Positions 44,478-54,067 of a stretch of 54,067 bases of DNA are shown here, piece by piece. The DNA is from an uncultured Synergistaceae bacterium (lineage in GTDB: Bacteria; Synergistota; Synergistia; Synergistales; Aminiphilaceae): the NCBI GenBank assembly GCA_937868015.1, contig CALMLW010000153.1:1-54067 (forward strand), written 5' to 3'. Numbering within the stretch: the stretch's first letter is position 1; each line of letters starts with the position of its first letter. Both the position numbers and the translations under genes were made by a program. The notes beneath the pieces are model-generated. The model ran no database searches, was not told the origin of the DNA, and saw only the letters and a list, made by a program, of their open reading frames with translations.

Positions 44478-45788
44478 TCATTCCTCCACCAGGAGGATTC
44501 TCAGGTCGTTCAGGTTGTTTCCCGTGGGACCCGTCTTCCAAAGGCCCCCTCCGGAGCCGAGGACGGCGTAGGCATCGTTGCGTTCCAGGGCGTCCAGGGG
44601 ATTGAGGCCCCGGGATTCCATGTGATCCCAGGTGGTGCCGTCCACCACTCCCCCCGCCGCATCGGTGGGGCCGTCGGTGCCGTCACTATCCATGGCCAGA
44701 AAGGCCACCCCGGAAAGGCCTCGCAGCGCCCGGGCGCAGGCCAGGGCGGCTTCCTGCCCCGGGCCTCCCCTGCCCTTGCCCCGCACCTTCACCACCGATT
44801 CCCCCCCGGAAATCACCGCCACGGGGGGCGGCCCGGGGTGCTTCGAGGCCCGGATCTCCCGGGCGATCTCTCCGACAAAGGTGCCGATCTCCCGGGCCTC
44901 TCCCGAGAAGAAGGATCCCAGGAAGAGGGGGGTAAAGCCCCGGATCTTGGCGGCCTCTCCCGCCGCACGGCAGAGGGATCGGTTGTCCAGGATCACCTGG
45001 GCCCAGGTGTCATAGCCCTCCACGCTCTTCAAGGTCTCTTCTCGGAGGCCCTTGAGCCCTTCTTCTAGGACGTGGCGCACGTTTTTCGGGGTCTTTCCCC
45101 AAAGATCTCGGCGCTTGAGCACTTCCACCGCATCGGCGAAGGTGGTGTGGTCGGCCACCGTGGGCCCCGAGGAGATGGTGGCCAGGTCGTCCCCCACCAC
45201 GTCGGAGACCACCAGGGCCAAGGAAGATCGGGGGGATATGCGGCGCAGGAGCTTGCCCCCTTTCACCCGGGAGAGGTGCTTGCGCACCGCGTTTACTTCG
45301 GCGATGGAGGCCCCGCAGGTGAGGAGCTCGGCGTTGACCGCGCGGATGTCTTCCAGGGAAATGCCCTTGTCGGGGGCTTCGAAAAGGGCCGATCCTCCCC
45401 CCGAAAGGAGCATCAGGATCGTCACGTCATCGGGCAGGGCGTCGATTTCCCGCAGGATGTCCGCCGTGGCGTTGAGGCTCCGGGCGTCCGGCAGGGGGTG
45501 TCCGGCCTCGAGGCAGTTCATGAAGGGGATCTCGTCGCTGTAACCGTCCCGGGTCAGGACACTCCCCGCCCAGACCAGGTTCCCCAGGAGGTCCGACGCC
45601 GCCCGGGCCATGGCGCTCGCCGCCTTCCCCACCGAGAGGACGTAGAAGGGGCCATCCCACTGTCGATCCCCCACCCGGGCCCCCGAGGGGATGGGCTGAA
45701 GGACGCGCCTCACGGCGTCCTCGGGGGAGCAGGTCGCCAGGGCCTCCAGGGCGATGGCCCTTACGGTGTCACCGAGGGACGATCCCAT
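44478..45788 (-). CDS. glycerate 2-kinase (MOFRL / DUF4147 family)
   Basis: Start MGSSLGDTVRAIALEAL at 45788. Gly-rich LLSGGGSALFE and MOFRL C-terminal domain pattern. Stop is 8 nt before the upstream dehydrogenase gene. Confidence 0.8.
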   Translation of the reverse strand: MGSSLGDTVRAIALEALATCSPEDAVRRVLQPIPSGARVGDRQWDGPFYVLSVGKAASAMARAASDLLGNLVWAGSVLTRDGYSDEIPFMNCLEAGHPLPDARSLNATADILREIDALPDDVTILMLLSGGGSALFEAPDKGISLEDIRAVNAELLTCGASIAEVNAVRKHLSRVKGGKLLRRISPRSSLALVVSDVVGDDLATISSGPTVADHTTFADAVEVLKRRDLWGKTPKNVRHVLEEGLKGLREETLKSVEGYDTWAQVILDNRSLCRAAGEAAKIRGFTPLFLGSFFSGEAREIGTFVGEIAREIRASKHPGPPPVAVISGGESVVKVRGKGRGGPGQEAALACARALRGLSGVAFLAMDSDGTDGPTDAAGGVVDGTTWDHMESRGLNPLDALERNDAYAVLGSGGGLWKTGPTGNNLNDLRILLVEE

Positions 45789-45796
45789 GGGGGCCT

Positions 45797-46759
45797 TCAG
45801 ATCCGCACGGGATGGCAGGGGATCTTGCCATCCAGCACCGCCACTAGGTCTTCCGCCGCCATCGTCGCCATGCGCTCCCGGGTGCGCCGGGTGGCCGATC
45901 CCAGGTGGGGCAAGGGCAAGAGGTTCGGCGCGGCGAAAAGGGGGTGGTCTGCGGGCAGGGGCTCGGGGTCGAAGACGTCCAGGCCCGCCCCGGCGATCCA
46001 CCCTTCGGAGAGGGCCTGCCCCAGGGCTCGCTGATCCACCAATTTACCCCGCCCCGTGTTGATGAAGATGGCGGTTTTTTTCATGCGCCGGAAGGCTTCT
46101 TCGTTCATGAGCCCCGCCGTCTCCGGGGTCAGGGGGCAGTGGAGCGTCACGTAGTCGCTTTTTTCCAGGAGTTCCTCGAAGGGGACCATTTGGGCTCCTA
46201 GCTCCGCCGCGTCTCGGGCGGCGGAATCTCGGGCGGCCACCAGGATCGTCATGGAAAATCCCTGGGCCCGGCGGGCCACAGCGCGACCGATGCGTCCGAA
46301 GCCCACGATGCCCAGGGTGGCCCCGAAGACGTCTTCTCCCGCCAGCAGGTCGGGGGCCCAGGCCCATCGGCCGCTGCGGGCCACTTGGTTGCCCTCCAAC
46401 ACCTTACGGGCCGTCCCCAGGATCAGGGCAAAGGCCAGGTCCGCCGTGGCGTCGGTGAGGACGTCGGGGGTGTTGGTCACCGTGATCCCCCGGGCCTGGG
46501 CGAAGGCCACGTCGATGTTATCGGTACCCACGGCATAGTTGCTGATGACTTTAAGGTGGGGGCCCCGGTCGATGATCCCCCGGTCGATGGGGTCGCTCAG
46601 CAGGGTCAACACTCCGTGGAGGTGGGGCATCCGGTCCGCCAGCACTTCCCGGGGGACGGGGATGTCGCCGTGGGGCCACACTTCCAGGTCGGTCCGGTCT
46701 CGAAGGATGGCTAGCCCGGCCTCGGGGATCTGTCGCGTCACAAAGACCTTCGGTTTCAT
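45797..46759 (-). CDS. D-isomer-specific 2-hydroxyacid dehydrogenase (glyoxylate/hydroxypyruvate reductase-like)
   Basis: 320 aa. GIVGFGRIGRAVARRA NAD-binding motif and catalytic R/E/H pattern of the D-2-HADH family. Confidence 0.85.
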   Translation of the reverse strand: MKPKVFVTRQIPEAGLAILRDRTDLEVWPHGDIPVPREVLADRMPHLHGVLTLLSDPIDRGIIDRGPHLKVISNYAVGTDNIDVAFAQARGITVTNTPDVLTDATADLAFALILGTARKVLEGNQVARSGRWAWAPDLLAGEDVFGATLGIVGFGRIGRAVARRAQGFSMTILVAARDSAARDAAELGAQMVPFEELLEKSDYVTLHCPLTPETAGLMNEEAFRRMKKTAIFINTGRGKLVDQRALGQALSEGWIAGAGLDVFDPEPLPADHPLFAAPNLLPLPHLGSATRRTRERMATMAAEDLVAVLDGKIPCHPVRI

Positions 46760-46805
46760 GTCTTCCTCCTCACCTAGGGGTAGTTTGGGTCCCTGCCGAG
46801 GGGGG

Positions 46806-47531
46806 CTACTGCCTTCCCCCGGAAACCTTCAGCGCCGAACCGCAATACTCGCACACGGCGGGACGACCGGGAAAGATCATCCCCTGGGCCCCACAGCTCC
46901 GGCAGGCCACCACCTGGGGCCCTGCGGGGGCGTTCTCCCGAGGGGCGGGGTTCTCGCCTTCCTGAGAGCTTTTCCACCGGGATTCGGCCTCCATGTGGCG
47001 GAGCACCGAGGGGACGATCACTTGGCCCGCCCCTCGGTCCACCAGAGCCTCGGGCAGGTATCCCTTTTCGATGAGAAAGTCGATTTCCTTCTCCGTCTGG
47101 GGCCGGCTTTTTCCCACGATGCGGGCGATATCGTCCAGGTTGGAAAAGCGCCGGTTGACGATGAGGCCGAGGTACTCCCGCACCATGCGCCCCCGATACT
47201 GGAGGGTGCGACCGTAGCGCCACAGGATGATTCCCAGCACGCCGAAGGCCCCCGCCACCGCCAAAGAGGCATAGCCGTCGTCGGTGAGATCGCCGAAGCT
47301 GGTCATCTCATTCTCGTAGATTCCGTACCCCCCCAGCAGGCAAACCAGGAAGAGGAGCACCCCCACGACCTTCAGCACGCCGCCGGTGGTGATGCCCGCA
47401 TGGCGGTCCCTCCCCAGCCGGGCAAACAACAGCACGAGGCCCACGGGCCAGAAGATGAAGGAGATGATGATGACGGGCCAAGAGAGGTAAAAGGGAGGAT
47501 TCAACTGTCTGTCCGACGAAAAATCGCTCAT
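46806..47531 (-). CDS. membrane protein with C-terminal zinc ribbon (hypothetical)
   Basis: 241 aa. Two N-terminal TM helices and C-terminal CRSCG...CEYCG ribbon. Confidence 0.5.
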   Translation of the reverse strand: MSDFSSDRQLNPPFYLSWPVIIISFIFWPVGLVLLFARLGRDRHAGITTGGVLKVVGVLLFLVCLLGGYGIYENEMTSFGDLTDDGYASLAVAGAFGVLGIILWRYGRTLQYRGRMVREYLGLIVNRRFSNLDDIARIVGKSRPQTEKEIDFLIEKGYLPEALVDRGAGQVIVPSVLRHMEAESRWKSSQEGENPAPRENAPAGPQVVACRSCGAQGMIFPGRPAVCEYCGSALKVSGGRQ

Positions 47532-47585
47532 CTTACGCGCTCTCCTTACATTTTAGTGAATTATGGTGGTCTTCGGCCCACCGCG

Positions 47586-48266
47586 TCACTTTCCCCGGGC
47601 CACCAGATCGTTCCGGCGCTTGAGGGTCGCCAGGGCTTCCTGCACGCTCTCCGGAGAAGCGCCGCTTTCCCGCACCCGGGCCACGGCGCGCTCCACCGCC
47701 CGGTCTTCTTCGGCGAAGCGCTTCGGAGTCACGGGGTCGCTGAAGCGCAGCGCCTCCGCCAACTTGCGGCACGCCACGGCGGAATCTCCCGGGCGAGTCG
47801 CCGTCAAAAGCTCCACCTCCCGGGCCATATCCGCCAGCCACGCCCGCCCCCGGGCGGCCCTCCGGTCCTCCGAGGAGGTCTGCACCCCCCCCATGAGGGC
47901 GAAGATGCCGCCCACGAGGAAGATCGTGCCCCCCGCCACGTGGGTGATGATGTACCCCGTGATGGAAAAGTCGACAAAGCGCCACGCCGCCACCGCCGCC
48001 CCCAGGGCGAAGAGGGTGTATCCCCCCGTGACGGCCGTCAGGGACAGGGTGGAGGGAAAGGGCAGGGCTCGGTCGCTGTCCGACCAGAGGTTGATCAGGG
48101 CCCCCAGGGTGGAAAGGGCCGCTCCCAGGGCCACGGTGCCCAGGGAGATCCAGAAGATGAGATGGCGATCCTCGGGGGTCGTGGAGAGGTAGAGGATCAC
48201 CCCCGTCCCCACCGCCAACACCGCCAGCGCCAGAAGGATCAGCAGACTAAGGGAAAACTTTCTCAT
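47586..48266 (-). CDS. hypothetical integral membrane protein (4 TM)
   Basis: 226 aa hydrophobic ORF co-oriented between two related membrane/zinc-ribbon genes. Confidence 0.5.
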   Translation of the reverse strand: MRKFSLSLLILLALAVLAVGTGVILYLSTTPEDRHLIFWISLGTVALGAALSTLGALINLWSDSDRALPFPSTLSLTAVTGGYTLFALGAAVAAWRFVDFSITGYIITHVAGGTIFLVGGIFALMGGVQTSSEDRRAARGRAWLADMAREVELLTATRPGDSAVACRKLAEALRFSDPVTPKRFAEEDRAVERAVARVRESGASPESVQEALATLKRRNDLVARGK

Positions 48267-48306
48267 GGCCTTCCTCCTCGATTACGATCTTCGGCTGGCC
48301 TTGGGG

Positions 48307-49623
48307 TCAATCCCGTCGGGCCCCGCACTCGGGGCAGAACTTCGCCCCCGGGGACATTTCGGCGCCGCAGGCGGCGCATTTGAGGGGGCCGGGGGTCAAG
48401 GTTTGGCCGCACCCCGGGCAGAACTTCGTGCCGGGGGGACTGGAGGCGCCGCACCGGGGACAGGGCAGGGGGCGAGGGGCGCCGCACTTGGGGCAGGCCG
48501 AAGCCCCCTCGGGCAGATCCGCACCGCAGGTGGGGCAAGGGTCGTAGCGATCGCCGCACGCGGGGCAGAACTTGGCCCCCCGGGGCAGGGACCCTCCGCA
48601 CCGGGAGCAGAGGGCGGGAACGGAGTTCTCCAGAAGGGCCCCGCAGGAAAGGCAAAACCGGGCCCCGGGAGGGTTCAAAGCCCCACAGCGGGGGCAGGGG
48701 GTGGCGCCCGTGGGGCTCAAGGAGCCCGCCATGGAGGCGGCGGCGCCGCCGAAGGCCCCGCCCATTCCCACTCCCATGCCCAGCCCCAACCCCGCCCCCA
48801 GGAGGGTGCCGCTGCTCCCCTCGTTGGAGGCGGCGGCCTGCAGGGTGTCGAAGGTCCTCATCTGCTGGTAGTTGTAACCCACGATGTCCATGCGGGCCTT
48901 TTCCGCCAGGGCCTTCTTGAGCTCCGCCACGGCGGGGTCGTCCTCCGGAATATTGATGGAGTTCACAAAGAAATTGGGCACCTCGATGCCGTACTCTTCC
49001 ACGACGGAGGCGAGGCGCTCCCGGATGTGTCCGGACATGTCGTCCAGATGGGCGTTCACTTCCACCACGCTGATGCCCTGCTTCACCAGGTAGGAAGAAA
49101 TCAGGTCCTTGGCCTTGGTGAGGACGAGCCCCCGGAAGAGGGTGTTCAGGTGCTCCTGGTCGAAGAGTCTCACGGTGCCCACCAGTTTCACCAAGAACTT
49201 CCGGGCGTCGGCCACCCGGACGCCGAATTGGCCGAAGGAGCGCACGGGCAAAAAGACCTTGTATCGGGGGTCCTGGATCTGGATGGGATCGGGGGTGCCC
49301 CACTTGACGTTGAGCATCGACACTTTGTTGACGAACCACACTTCTGCCTTGAAGGGGGACTCTCCTCCGAAGGGGAGCCTCAGGAGCCCCGCCAAAAGGG
49401 GCACGTTGGCCGTCCCCAAGGTGTGGCGCCCGGGAGCGAAAAGATCAAGCGCCTGGCCGTTTTTAAACAGGATGGCCTCCTGGGATTCCCGCACCACCAG
49501 CTGGGTCCAGGTGCCCAGCTCATCGCTCCGCTCCGGCTGGGCCGGATTCGTGTACTTCCACGCCAGCACGGGCACTTCCCGCGTCACTGGCTCGTCCCAC
49601 TCCACCACCTGCACCAGCGCCAT
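48307..49623 (-). CDS. SPFH (band-7)-domain protein with five tandem C-terminal zinc-ribbon repeats
   Basis: Start MALVQVVEWDEP at 49623 with GGAGGAGGTG RBS. SPFH-like core, then 5 x CPxCGA...PxGAKFCPxCG repeats. Confidence 0.75.
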   Translation of the reverse strand: MALVQVVEWDEPVTREVPVLAWKYTNPAQPERSDELGTWTQLVVRESQEAILFKNGQALDLFAPGRHTLGTANVPLLAGLLRLPFGGESPFKAEVWFVNKVSMLNVKWGTPDPIQIQDPRYKVFLPVRSFGQFGVRVADARKFLVKLVGTVRLFDQEHLNTLFRGLVLTKAKDLISSYLVKQGISVVEVNAHLDDMSGHIRERLASVVEEYGIEVPNFFVNSINIPEDDPAVAELKKALAEKARMDIVGYNYQQMRTFDTLQAAASNEGSSGTLLGAGLGLGMGVGMGGAFGGAAASMAGSLSPTGATPCPRCGALNPPGARFCLSCGALLENSVPALCSRCGGSLPRGAKFCPACGDRYDPCPTCGADLPEGASACPKCGAPRPLPCPRCGASSPPGTKFCPGCGQTLTPGPLKCAACGAEMSPGAKFCPECGARRD

Positions 49624-49848
49624 GCCCTCACCTCCTCCACCATCAGGCGCCCATCCGCCCAGGGTCCATTTTAGCACAAAAGGGCCCCCTTTCTCAAAAC
49701 CAGCATGAAAAAGTCACAAAGTTGTCACGCTTTTTCCCGGGACAACCTCCCGGACGGGGGGAACTCCTTGCCTTTATCCTCCCCCAGGGAGACAATGGTC
49801 CCGTCGGGGGAGGCACCCCGAAGAGCGTTTCACGAGGAGGTCTTGGCC

Positions 49849-50601
49849 ATGGCACCGCACATCGGCATCACCTGTGATCTGGACGACCAACGCACCACCA
49901 ACACCCTCCCCCGGGCCTACGTCCGGGCGGTGATGCGGGCCGGGGGCATCCCCCGGGTACTGCCGATTCCGGAGATGGAACACACCCCCGGAGGGTTTAC
50001 CCCCGGGAATGGCCTTGGGGAAGATTGGGGGGAGTGGCTTTCGGGCCTCGACGGGCTTTTGCTCTCCGGCGGAGGGGACTTGGACCCGGCGCTCTTCGGC
50101 GAGGAGCCCCTTCCCGGTCTGGGAGGGGTGGACCTCCACCGCGATGCCCTGGAGATGGCCCTGGCCCGCGCCGCCCGTCGGCGAAAGATGCCCCTTTTGG
50201 GCATTTGCCGGGGATGTCAGGTGCTCAACGTGGCCCTGGGGGGCACGATCTATCAGGATCTCCCCTCCCAACGCCCCGAGGGGTTGCTCCAACACCGGCA
50301 ACCCTATCCCGGCACCTTTCCCTCCCACTCCATGACGGTGCGGGAGGGAACACGCCTGGCCCACGTGCTGGGGAGTCTGAGCGTGCGGGTCAACTCCTTC
50401 CACCACCAGGCGGTGCGGGATGTGGCGCCGGGGCTTGAGGCGGTGGCCTGGGCTCCGGATGGGGTGGTGGAGGGCATAGAAGCTCCGGAGGGACCCTTTC
50501 TTCTGGGAATCCAGAGCCACCCCGAACGTCTCGAAAGCACTTCGGCCCCTATGGCGGCCCTCTTTCGGGCCTTCGTGGCCGCTGCGGGGGAGAAAAAATA
50601 G
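49849..50601 (+). CDS. class I glutamine amidotransferase-like hydrolase (PuuD/peptidase C26 family)
   Basis: Start MAPHIGIT with GAGGAGG RBS. Catalytic Cys in LLGICRGCQVLNVALGG, His/Glu in GIQSHPE. Confidence 0.8.
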   Translation: MAPHIGITCDLDDQRTTNTLPRAYVRAVMRAGGIPRVLPIPEMEHTPGGFTPGNGLGEDWGEWLSGLDGLLLSGGGDLDPALFGEEPLPGLGGVDLHRDALEMALARAARRRKMPLLGICRGCQVLNVALGGTIYQDLPSQRPEGLLQHRQPYPGTFPSHSMTVREGTRLAHVLGSLSVRVNSFHHQAVRDVAPGLEAVAWAPDGVVEGIEAPEGPFLLGIQSHPERLESTSAPMAALFRAFVAAAGEKK

Positions 50602-50627
50602 GGGGGCGGGCTCCGGGTCCGCCCCCC
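50601..50627. terminator. 9-bp GC stem-loop GGGGGGCGG gctccgggt CCGCCCCCC between convergent genes; no U-tract
   Basis: Starts at the PuuD-like stop codon; 49 nt from the pdxS stop. Confidence 0.4.
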
Positions 50628-50675
50628 ATCGCTTTAGAAATTAGAAAGCGCCCTGCGGCGGGCGAGGGGGACCGG

Positions 50676-51563
50676 TCACCATCCCCGGACGGCGAGGGTT
50701 TCTTCGGGGCTAAGCGTCCGGAGGTCGATGCCGGGCATGGCCTCTCCCAGACCCCGGGAAACTTCCGCCAACGCCGCATAGTCGTCGTAATGCGCCACGG
50801 CGGCCACCACGGCCTCGGCCCGGCGCTCGGGAGCCGATGAAGCGAAGATGCCGCTGCCCACGAAGACCCCGTCGCACCCCATCTGCATCATGAGTGCCGC
50901 ATCGGCGGGGGTGGCCACCCCTCCGGCGGCGAGGTGCGCCACGGGCATGCGCCCCCGTTTCCGGCACTCCCAAAGGGTCTCCAGGGGAGCCTGGAGCTCT
51001 TTGGCCAGGGCGGGGAGTTCTTCTTCCGGAGCCCCCAGGAGCCGGGCCATCTCCCGGTTGGTGGCCCGCATGTGGCGCACCGCTTCCACCACGTTCCCCG
51101 TGCCCGCTTCGCCTTTGGTGCGGATCATGGCGGCGCCTTCGGCCACGCGCCGAAGGGCTTCTCCCAGGTTCCGGGAGCCGCAGACGAAGGGGACGGCAAA
51201 GGGGCGCTTGTCGATGTGGTGCTCCTCGTCGGCGGGGGTGAGCACTTCGCTTTCGTCGATGCAGTCCACCCCCAGGGCTTCCAGAATGCGGGCCTCCACG
51301 AAGTGGCCAATACGGGCTTTGGCCATGACGGGAATGGACACCGCGTCCTGAATTTCTTTGATTTTGTCGGGATCGGCCATGCGCACCACCCCCCCCGCCT
51401 TGCGGATCTCGGACGGGATGCGTTCCAGGGCCATCACCGCCATGGCACCGGCTTTTTCGGCGATGCGGGCCTGCGACGCGTTGGTCACGTCCATGATGAC
51501 GCCCCGGGGCTTCATCCACGTCATATCTCGCCTGGGATTCTTCGGGTTGGACCGCTCTTCCAT
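50676..51563 (-). CDS. pdxS: pyridoxal 5'-phosphate synthase lyase subunit PdxS
   Basis: 295 aa. GGVIMDV...AEKAGA...ALERIP...KARIGH...DESEVLT...FVCG...GEAGTGN motifs diagnostic of PdxS/Pdx1. No adjacent pdxT. Confidence 0.9.
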   Translation of the reverse strand: MEERSNPKNPRRDMTWMKPRGVIMDVTNASQARIAEKAGAMAVMALERIPSEIRKAGGVVRMADPDKIKEIQDAVSIPVMAKARIGHFVEARILEALGVDCIDESEVLTPADEEHHIDKRPFAVPFVCGSRNLGEALRRVAEGAAMIRTKGEAGTGNVVEAVRHMRATNREMARLLGAPEEELPALAKELQAPLETLWECRKRGRMPVAHLAAGGVATPADAALMMQMGCDGVFVGSGIFASSAPERRAEAVVAAVAHYDDYAALAEVSRGLGEAMPGIDLRTLSPEETLAVRGW

Positions 51564-51910
51564 GGGGATCGCCTCCTAAAAGGTCTGTGGCGAAGCTTTT
51601 TTCCGCTTCCAGGGAGATCATAGGCAAGGGGCCCGGGGAGATAAAGGGCCACCCCTTCCCCGGGGACGGTCCCCTCTGGACCGGACCAGTTTCCCCGAAA
51701 AAACCCCGGTCCCTGCCCTGGGGAAATCCCGAGGGCGGGGCAGAGGCCTTCGGCGGAAAAATCGGGCACCCCTTCCGGGGGCGCCATGTATGCCCTCTTC
51801 CCGCCGGAGGAGCTTTTGGAGTATAGTGCGGTCACCGATCTTCGCGATGAGGGGCCCTTCTCGCTCCGAGGCCTTTTTCGCGAAAACTTTCGTGCGAGGT
51901 GATCGTTTTG

Positions 51911-52801
51911 ATGAGACGTTCTCTGGTAGGGGTTCTTTTGCTTTTCGCCATGTTTTTTGCCGTTCCCGCCGGGGCCCAGGATTCTTTGGCGCTGCACTAC
52001 GCCCCAGCGGGGGAGTTCGCCGTGGCGTACCGAGACCTGGGGTCGGGGGATCGCCCCCTGGTGCTGGTGCACGGCTGGGCCTGCGATCACACCTTCTGGC
52101 GATATCAGATCCCCTTTTTGGCCCGCCGAGGGCGGGTCATCGCCCTCGATCTCCCCGGGCACGGGTGGAGCACCAAGCCCAAGATCTCCTACACCCCGGA
52201 GGTCTTAGTGGAGGGCCTCCGGGCCGTCATGGATGACGCGGGGGTTTCCCAAGGGGTGCTGGTGGGACACAGCATGGGAGGGGCCCTCTGCCGGGCCTTC
52301 GCCCAGCGCTACCCCCACCGGGTGGCGGGGTTGGTCTTGGCGGACCCCGCCCTCGTCCGGGCCCCCGCAGATCCCCAGAAGCGGGAAGAGTTCGTCCAGA
52401 TGATGAAGGGGTGGGCCACCTCCCTGACCACGGGGCCCGAAGCCCGGGATCACGTCCGGGCCTTCATCGAGGGGATGTTCGTCCCGGAGACCCCGGAGAC
52501 CGTGCGACGTCTGGTGCTGGACAAGATGCTCGGCACCGCCCCCTACGTGAGGGATAGCGCCATGGTGAACTTCTTGCATCTCCCCACCCGGGAGGAGAGC
52601 CTGCCGACCTACGTCCCCACGCTGGCCCTCTTCGGCGCCGAAACGGTCCGGGCCGAGGGGGAGGGATTGGAGGAGGAGCTGCGACGGCTCTTTCCTCACC
52701 TGACCTACGAGGTATGGCCCGGGGTGAGCCACTTCTATATGCTGGAGGTCCCCGATCGACTCAACGATCGTCTGGCGGCCTTCGCGGCCTCCCTGCCCTA
52801 G
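51911..52801 (+). CDS. secreted alpha/beta-hydrolase fold protein
   Basis: Start MRRSLVGVLLLFAMFFAVPAGAQ (signal peptide; GAGGTG 9 nt upstream). HGWACDH...GHSMGG nucleophile elbow (GxSxG). Confidence 0.8.
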   Translation: MRRSLVGVLLLFAMFFAVPAGAQDSLALHYAPAGEFAVAYRDLGSGDRPLVLVHGWACDHTFWRYQIPFLARRGRVIALDLPGHGWSTKPKISYTPEVLVEGLRAVMDDAGVSQGVLVGHSMGGALCRAFAQRYPHRVAGLVLADPALVRAPADPQKREEFVQMMKGWATSLTTGPEARDHVRAFIEGMFVPETPETVRRLVLDKMLGTAPYVRDSAMVNFLHLPTREESLPTYVPTLALFGAETVRAEGEGLEEELRRLFPHLTYEVWPGVSHFYMLEVPDRLNDRLAAFAASLP

Positions 52802-52985
52802 GCGATTTTGTCCCCCGTCCGCCCAAGGTCGAGAGGGGAAGCTCGAAGATCCGCAAAGGAGGGTGAAAGGGTTCGCGGCGGTTTGACACTCCCCGCGCTG
52901 GCGGAGGCTCCTCCGAGGGGGTCTTGGAGAAGACTCCGGGGCCAGGGAAGAGGTGGTAAAAAAGTCCGGAAGGAGCGTGAGCCCC

Positions 52986-54067
52986 ATGAGGTGTGCCCTT
53001 TTCTTCGTCGGAGGAATTCTGGGATTCCTCCTCTTGGGAGGGAACCCCGGCGAGGCCCGGGGGATTTCCTTCGATTTCGGCCCTATGGATGTCCTGGTGA
53101 GACAGGAAATGGCGTCGGGGGGCATTCCCGCCGTGGCGGTGGGGCTTTTGCTGCCGGACGGCCAAACCCTATCCCGGGTATACGGCTCGGCGGACGTGGA
53201 GCAAGATGTCCCTGCTGCGGCGGACACGCTCTTTGCCATGGGATCCGTCAGCAAGGTCTTCACCGCCCTGGGGGTGCTCAAATACCTGGAAGAAGACCGC
53301 ATCACCCTGGAAGACCCTGTCTCCGCCTACTTTCCCGGCTACCCCGAGGGGGAGCGCATCTCCCTGTGCCAGCTCTTGCAGCACACCTCCGGAGTGGCCG
53401 AGGTCACCAAGATCCCCGCCTGGAGCGCCGATCCCGCCCGGGATTGGACCCCCCAGGAGGCCCTGGCTCTTTTTTCCAAAGAGCCCCTGGAGTTCGAACC
53501 CGGACAGCGGGCCCAATACAGCAATTCCCCATTTATCATCCTGGGGATCCTTCTGGAGCGCCTTTCGGGGCGATCCTACGAGCGTTTCGTCCGGGAAGAC
53601 CTCGCCGCCCCCCTGGGCATGACCACCCTTCGCCTGGGGTCGCAGCGGGATATCATGCCCCACCGGGCCCGGGGATATGCCCTCGAAGGGGGACGCCTCA
53701 TCAACGCCCCCCCCGAGAGCCCCGTCTCGGCCTACGCCAGCGGAGGACTCATGGCCACGGCGGAAGATCTGGCCAAGCTGGGCAAGGCCTTCCTTCCCGG
53801 GGTGTTGCTCTCGGAGCAGACCATCGCCGCCATGATCTCCCCGGCGGAGCTTTCCGACGGAAGCGTTTTTTCCATCCCCCTGGAGGACGGAGAGGCCACC
53901 TTCGGCATGGGGCTCGAGGTCTTCACCTGGCACGAGCAGGTCGTGCCCACCAAGAATGGAGCCATCTCGGGGTATTCGGCCCTCTTCCTGGCCCACCCGT
54001 CGTCGAAGACCGCCGTGGCGGTGCTCACAAACCTTTCGGATTCGGGGCGGGCCGCCCAGCGCATCGC
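52986..54067 (+). CDS. serine hydrolase, beta-lactamase/transpeptidase-like family (partial, continues past window end)
   Basis: ATG at 52986 with GGAAGGAG RBS. Signal peptide, then SVSK (SxxK) active-site motif. No stop before 54067. Absent from the ORF track for that reason. Confidence 0.8.
   Translation, partial: MRCALFFVGGILGFLLLGGNPGEARGISFDFGPMDVLVRQEMASGGIPAVAVGLLLPDGQTLSRVYGSADVEQDVPAAADTLFAMGSVSKVFTALGVLKYLEEDRITLEDPVSAYFPGYPEGERISLCQLLQHTSGVAEVTKIPAWSADPARDWTPQEALALFSKEPLEFEPGQRAQYSNSPFIILGILLERLSGRSYERFVREDLAAPLGMTTLRLGSQRDIMPHRARGYALEGGRLINAPPESPVSAYASGGLMATAEDLAKLGKAFLPGVLLSEQTIAAMISPAELSDGSVFSIPLEDGEATFGMGLEVFTWHEQVVPTKNGAISGYSALFLAHPSSKTAVAVLTNLSDSGRAAQRI

Noticed and set aside
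46539-48383. 614-aa + ORF, and 469-aa + ORF at 48265-49674
   Set aside because: Antisense to the membrane/SPFH gene trio. Low-complexity Gly/Arg/Pro-rich.
1-54067. tRNA/rRNA genes, CRISPR arrays, transposases/integrases, prophage genes
   Set aside because: No T-loop-like GGTTCGA(A/G)TCC motifs in intergenic gaps, no regularly spaced short repeats, and no recombinase-like ORFs. The window appears to be core metabolic chromosome apart from the two candidate modules.

Overview
This 54 kb window is high-GC (about 68-70 %) bacterial chromosomal DNA and is almost entirely coding. I found no rRNA, tRNA, CRISPR array, transposase or integrase. Gene content points to an anaerobic, sulfate-reducer-like proteobacterium of the Desulfovibrio type. 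The evidence is a 909-aa Mo/2x[2Fe-2S] aldehyde oxidoreductase that, from memory, closely resembles the D. gigas MOP enzyme, a tungsten-type aldehyde:ferredoxin oxidoreductase with a polyferredoxin, an HdrD-like CCG-domain flavo-Fe-S protein, and a radical SAM enzyme. No search was run, so the taxonomic call is inference only.

I called 48 protein-coding genes. Starts were refined by ribosome-binding sites (RBS) and by recurring 4-nt ATGA/GTGA stop-start overlaps. Recognisable genes include rtcB and archease, rarA, pdxS, a PduO-type adenosyltransferase, a cbiM(PDGLE-fused)-cbiQ-cbiO ECF metal transporter, a TAXI-TRAP transporter, a chemoreceptor with an adjacent periplasmic binding protein, AzlCD, and a glycerate kinase/2-hydroxyacid dehydrogenase pair.

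Two loci stand out as candidates for undescribed systems:
1. (6057-9919, minus strand) A translationally coupled pair: a 214-aa tandem winged-helix-like protein and a 1073-aa protein with two complete P-loop NTPase modules, an N-terminal STAND/ORC-like AAA module and a C-terminal HerA/FtsK-like module. It sits directly upstream of, and co-oriented with, archease-rtcB (RNA repair).
2. (18573-24672, minus strand) Six genes chained by five consecutive 4-nt overlaps: an FAD/Fe-S oxidoreductase with CCG domains, a 70-aa zinc-ribbon protein, a SAM methyltransferase, a C_GCAxxG_C_C protein, a radical SAM enzyme and a PaaK/F390-synthetase-like adenylating ligase.

Non-coding observations include:
- A 48-bp near-perfect direct repeat pair with a hairpin preserved by a G-C to G-U change (38091-38245).
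- Three GGGCCGAGGGG motifs in a 370-nt gap upstream of archease.
- Several AT-rich palindromic candidate operators in divergent promoter regions.
- Strong GC-rich stem-loops, mostly lacking U-tracts, placed directly after stop codons.

Many long ORFs in the six-frame track are antisense artefacts of the high GC content and were rejected.
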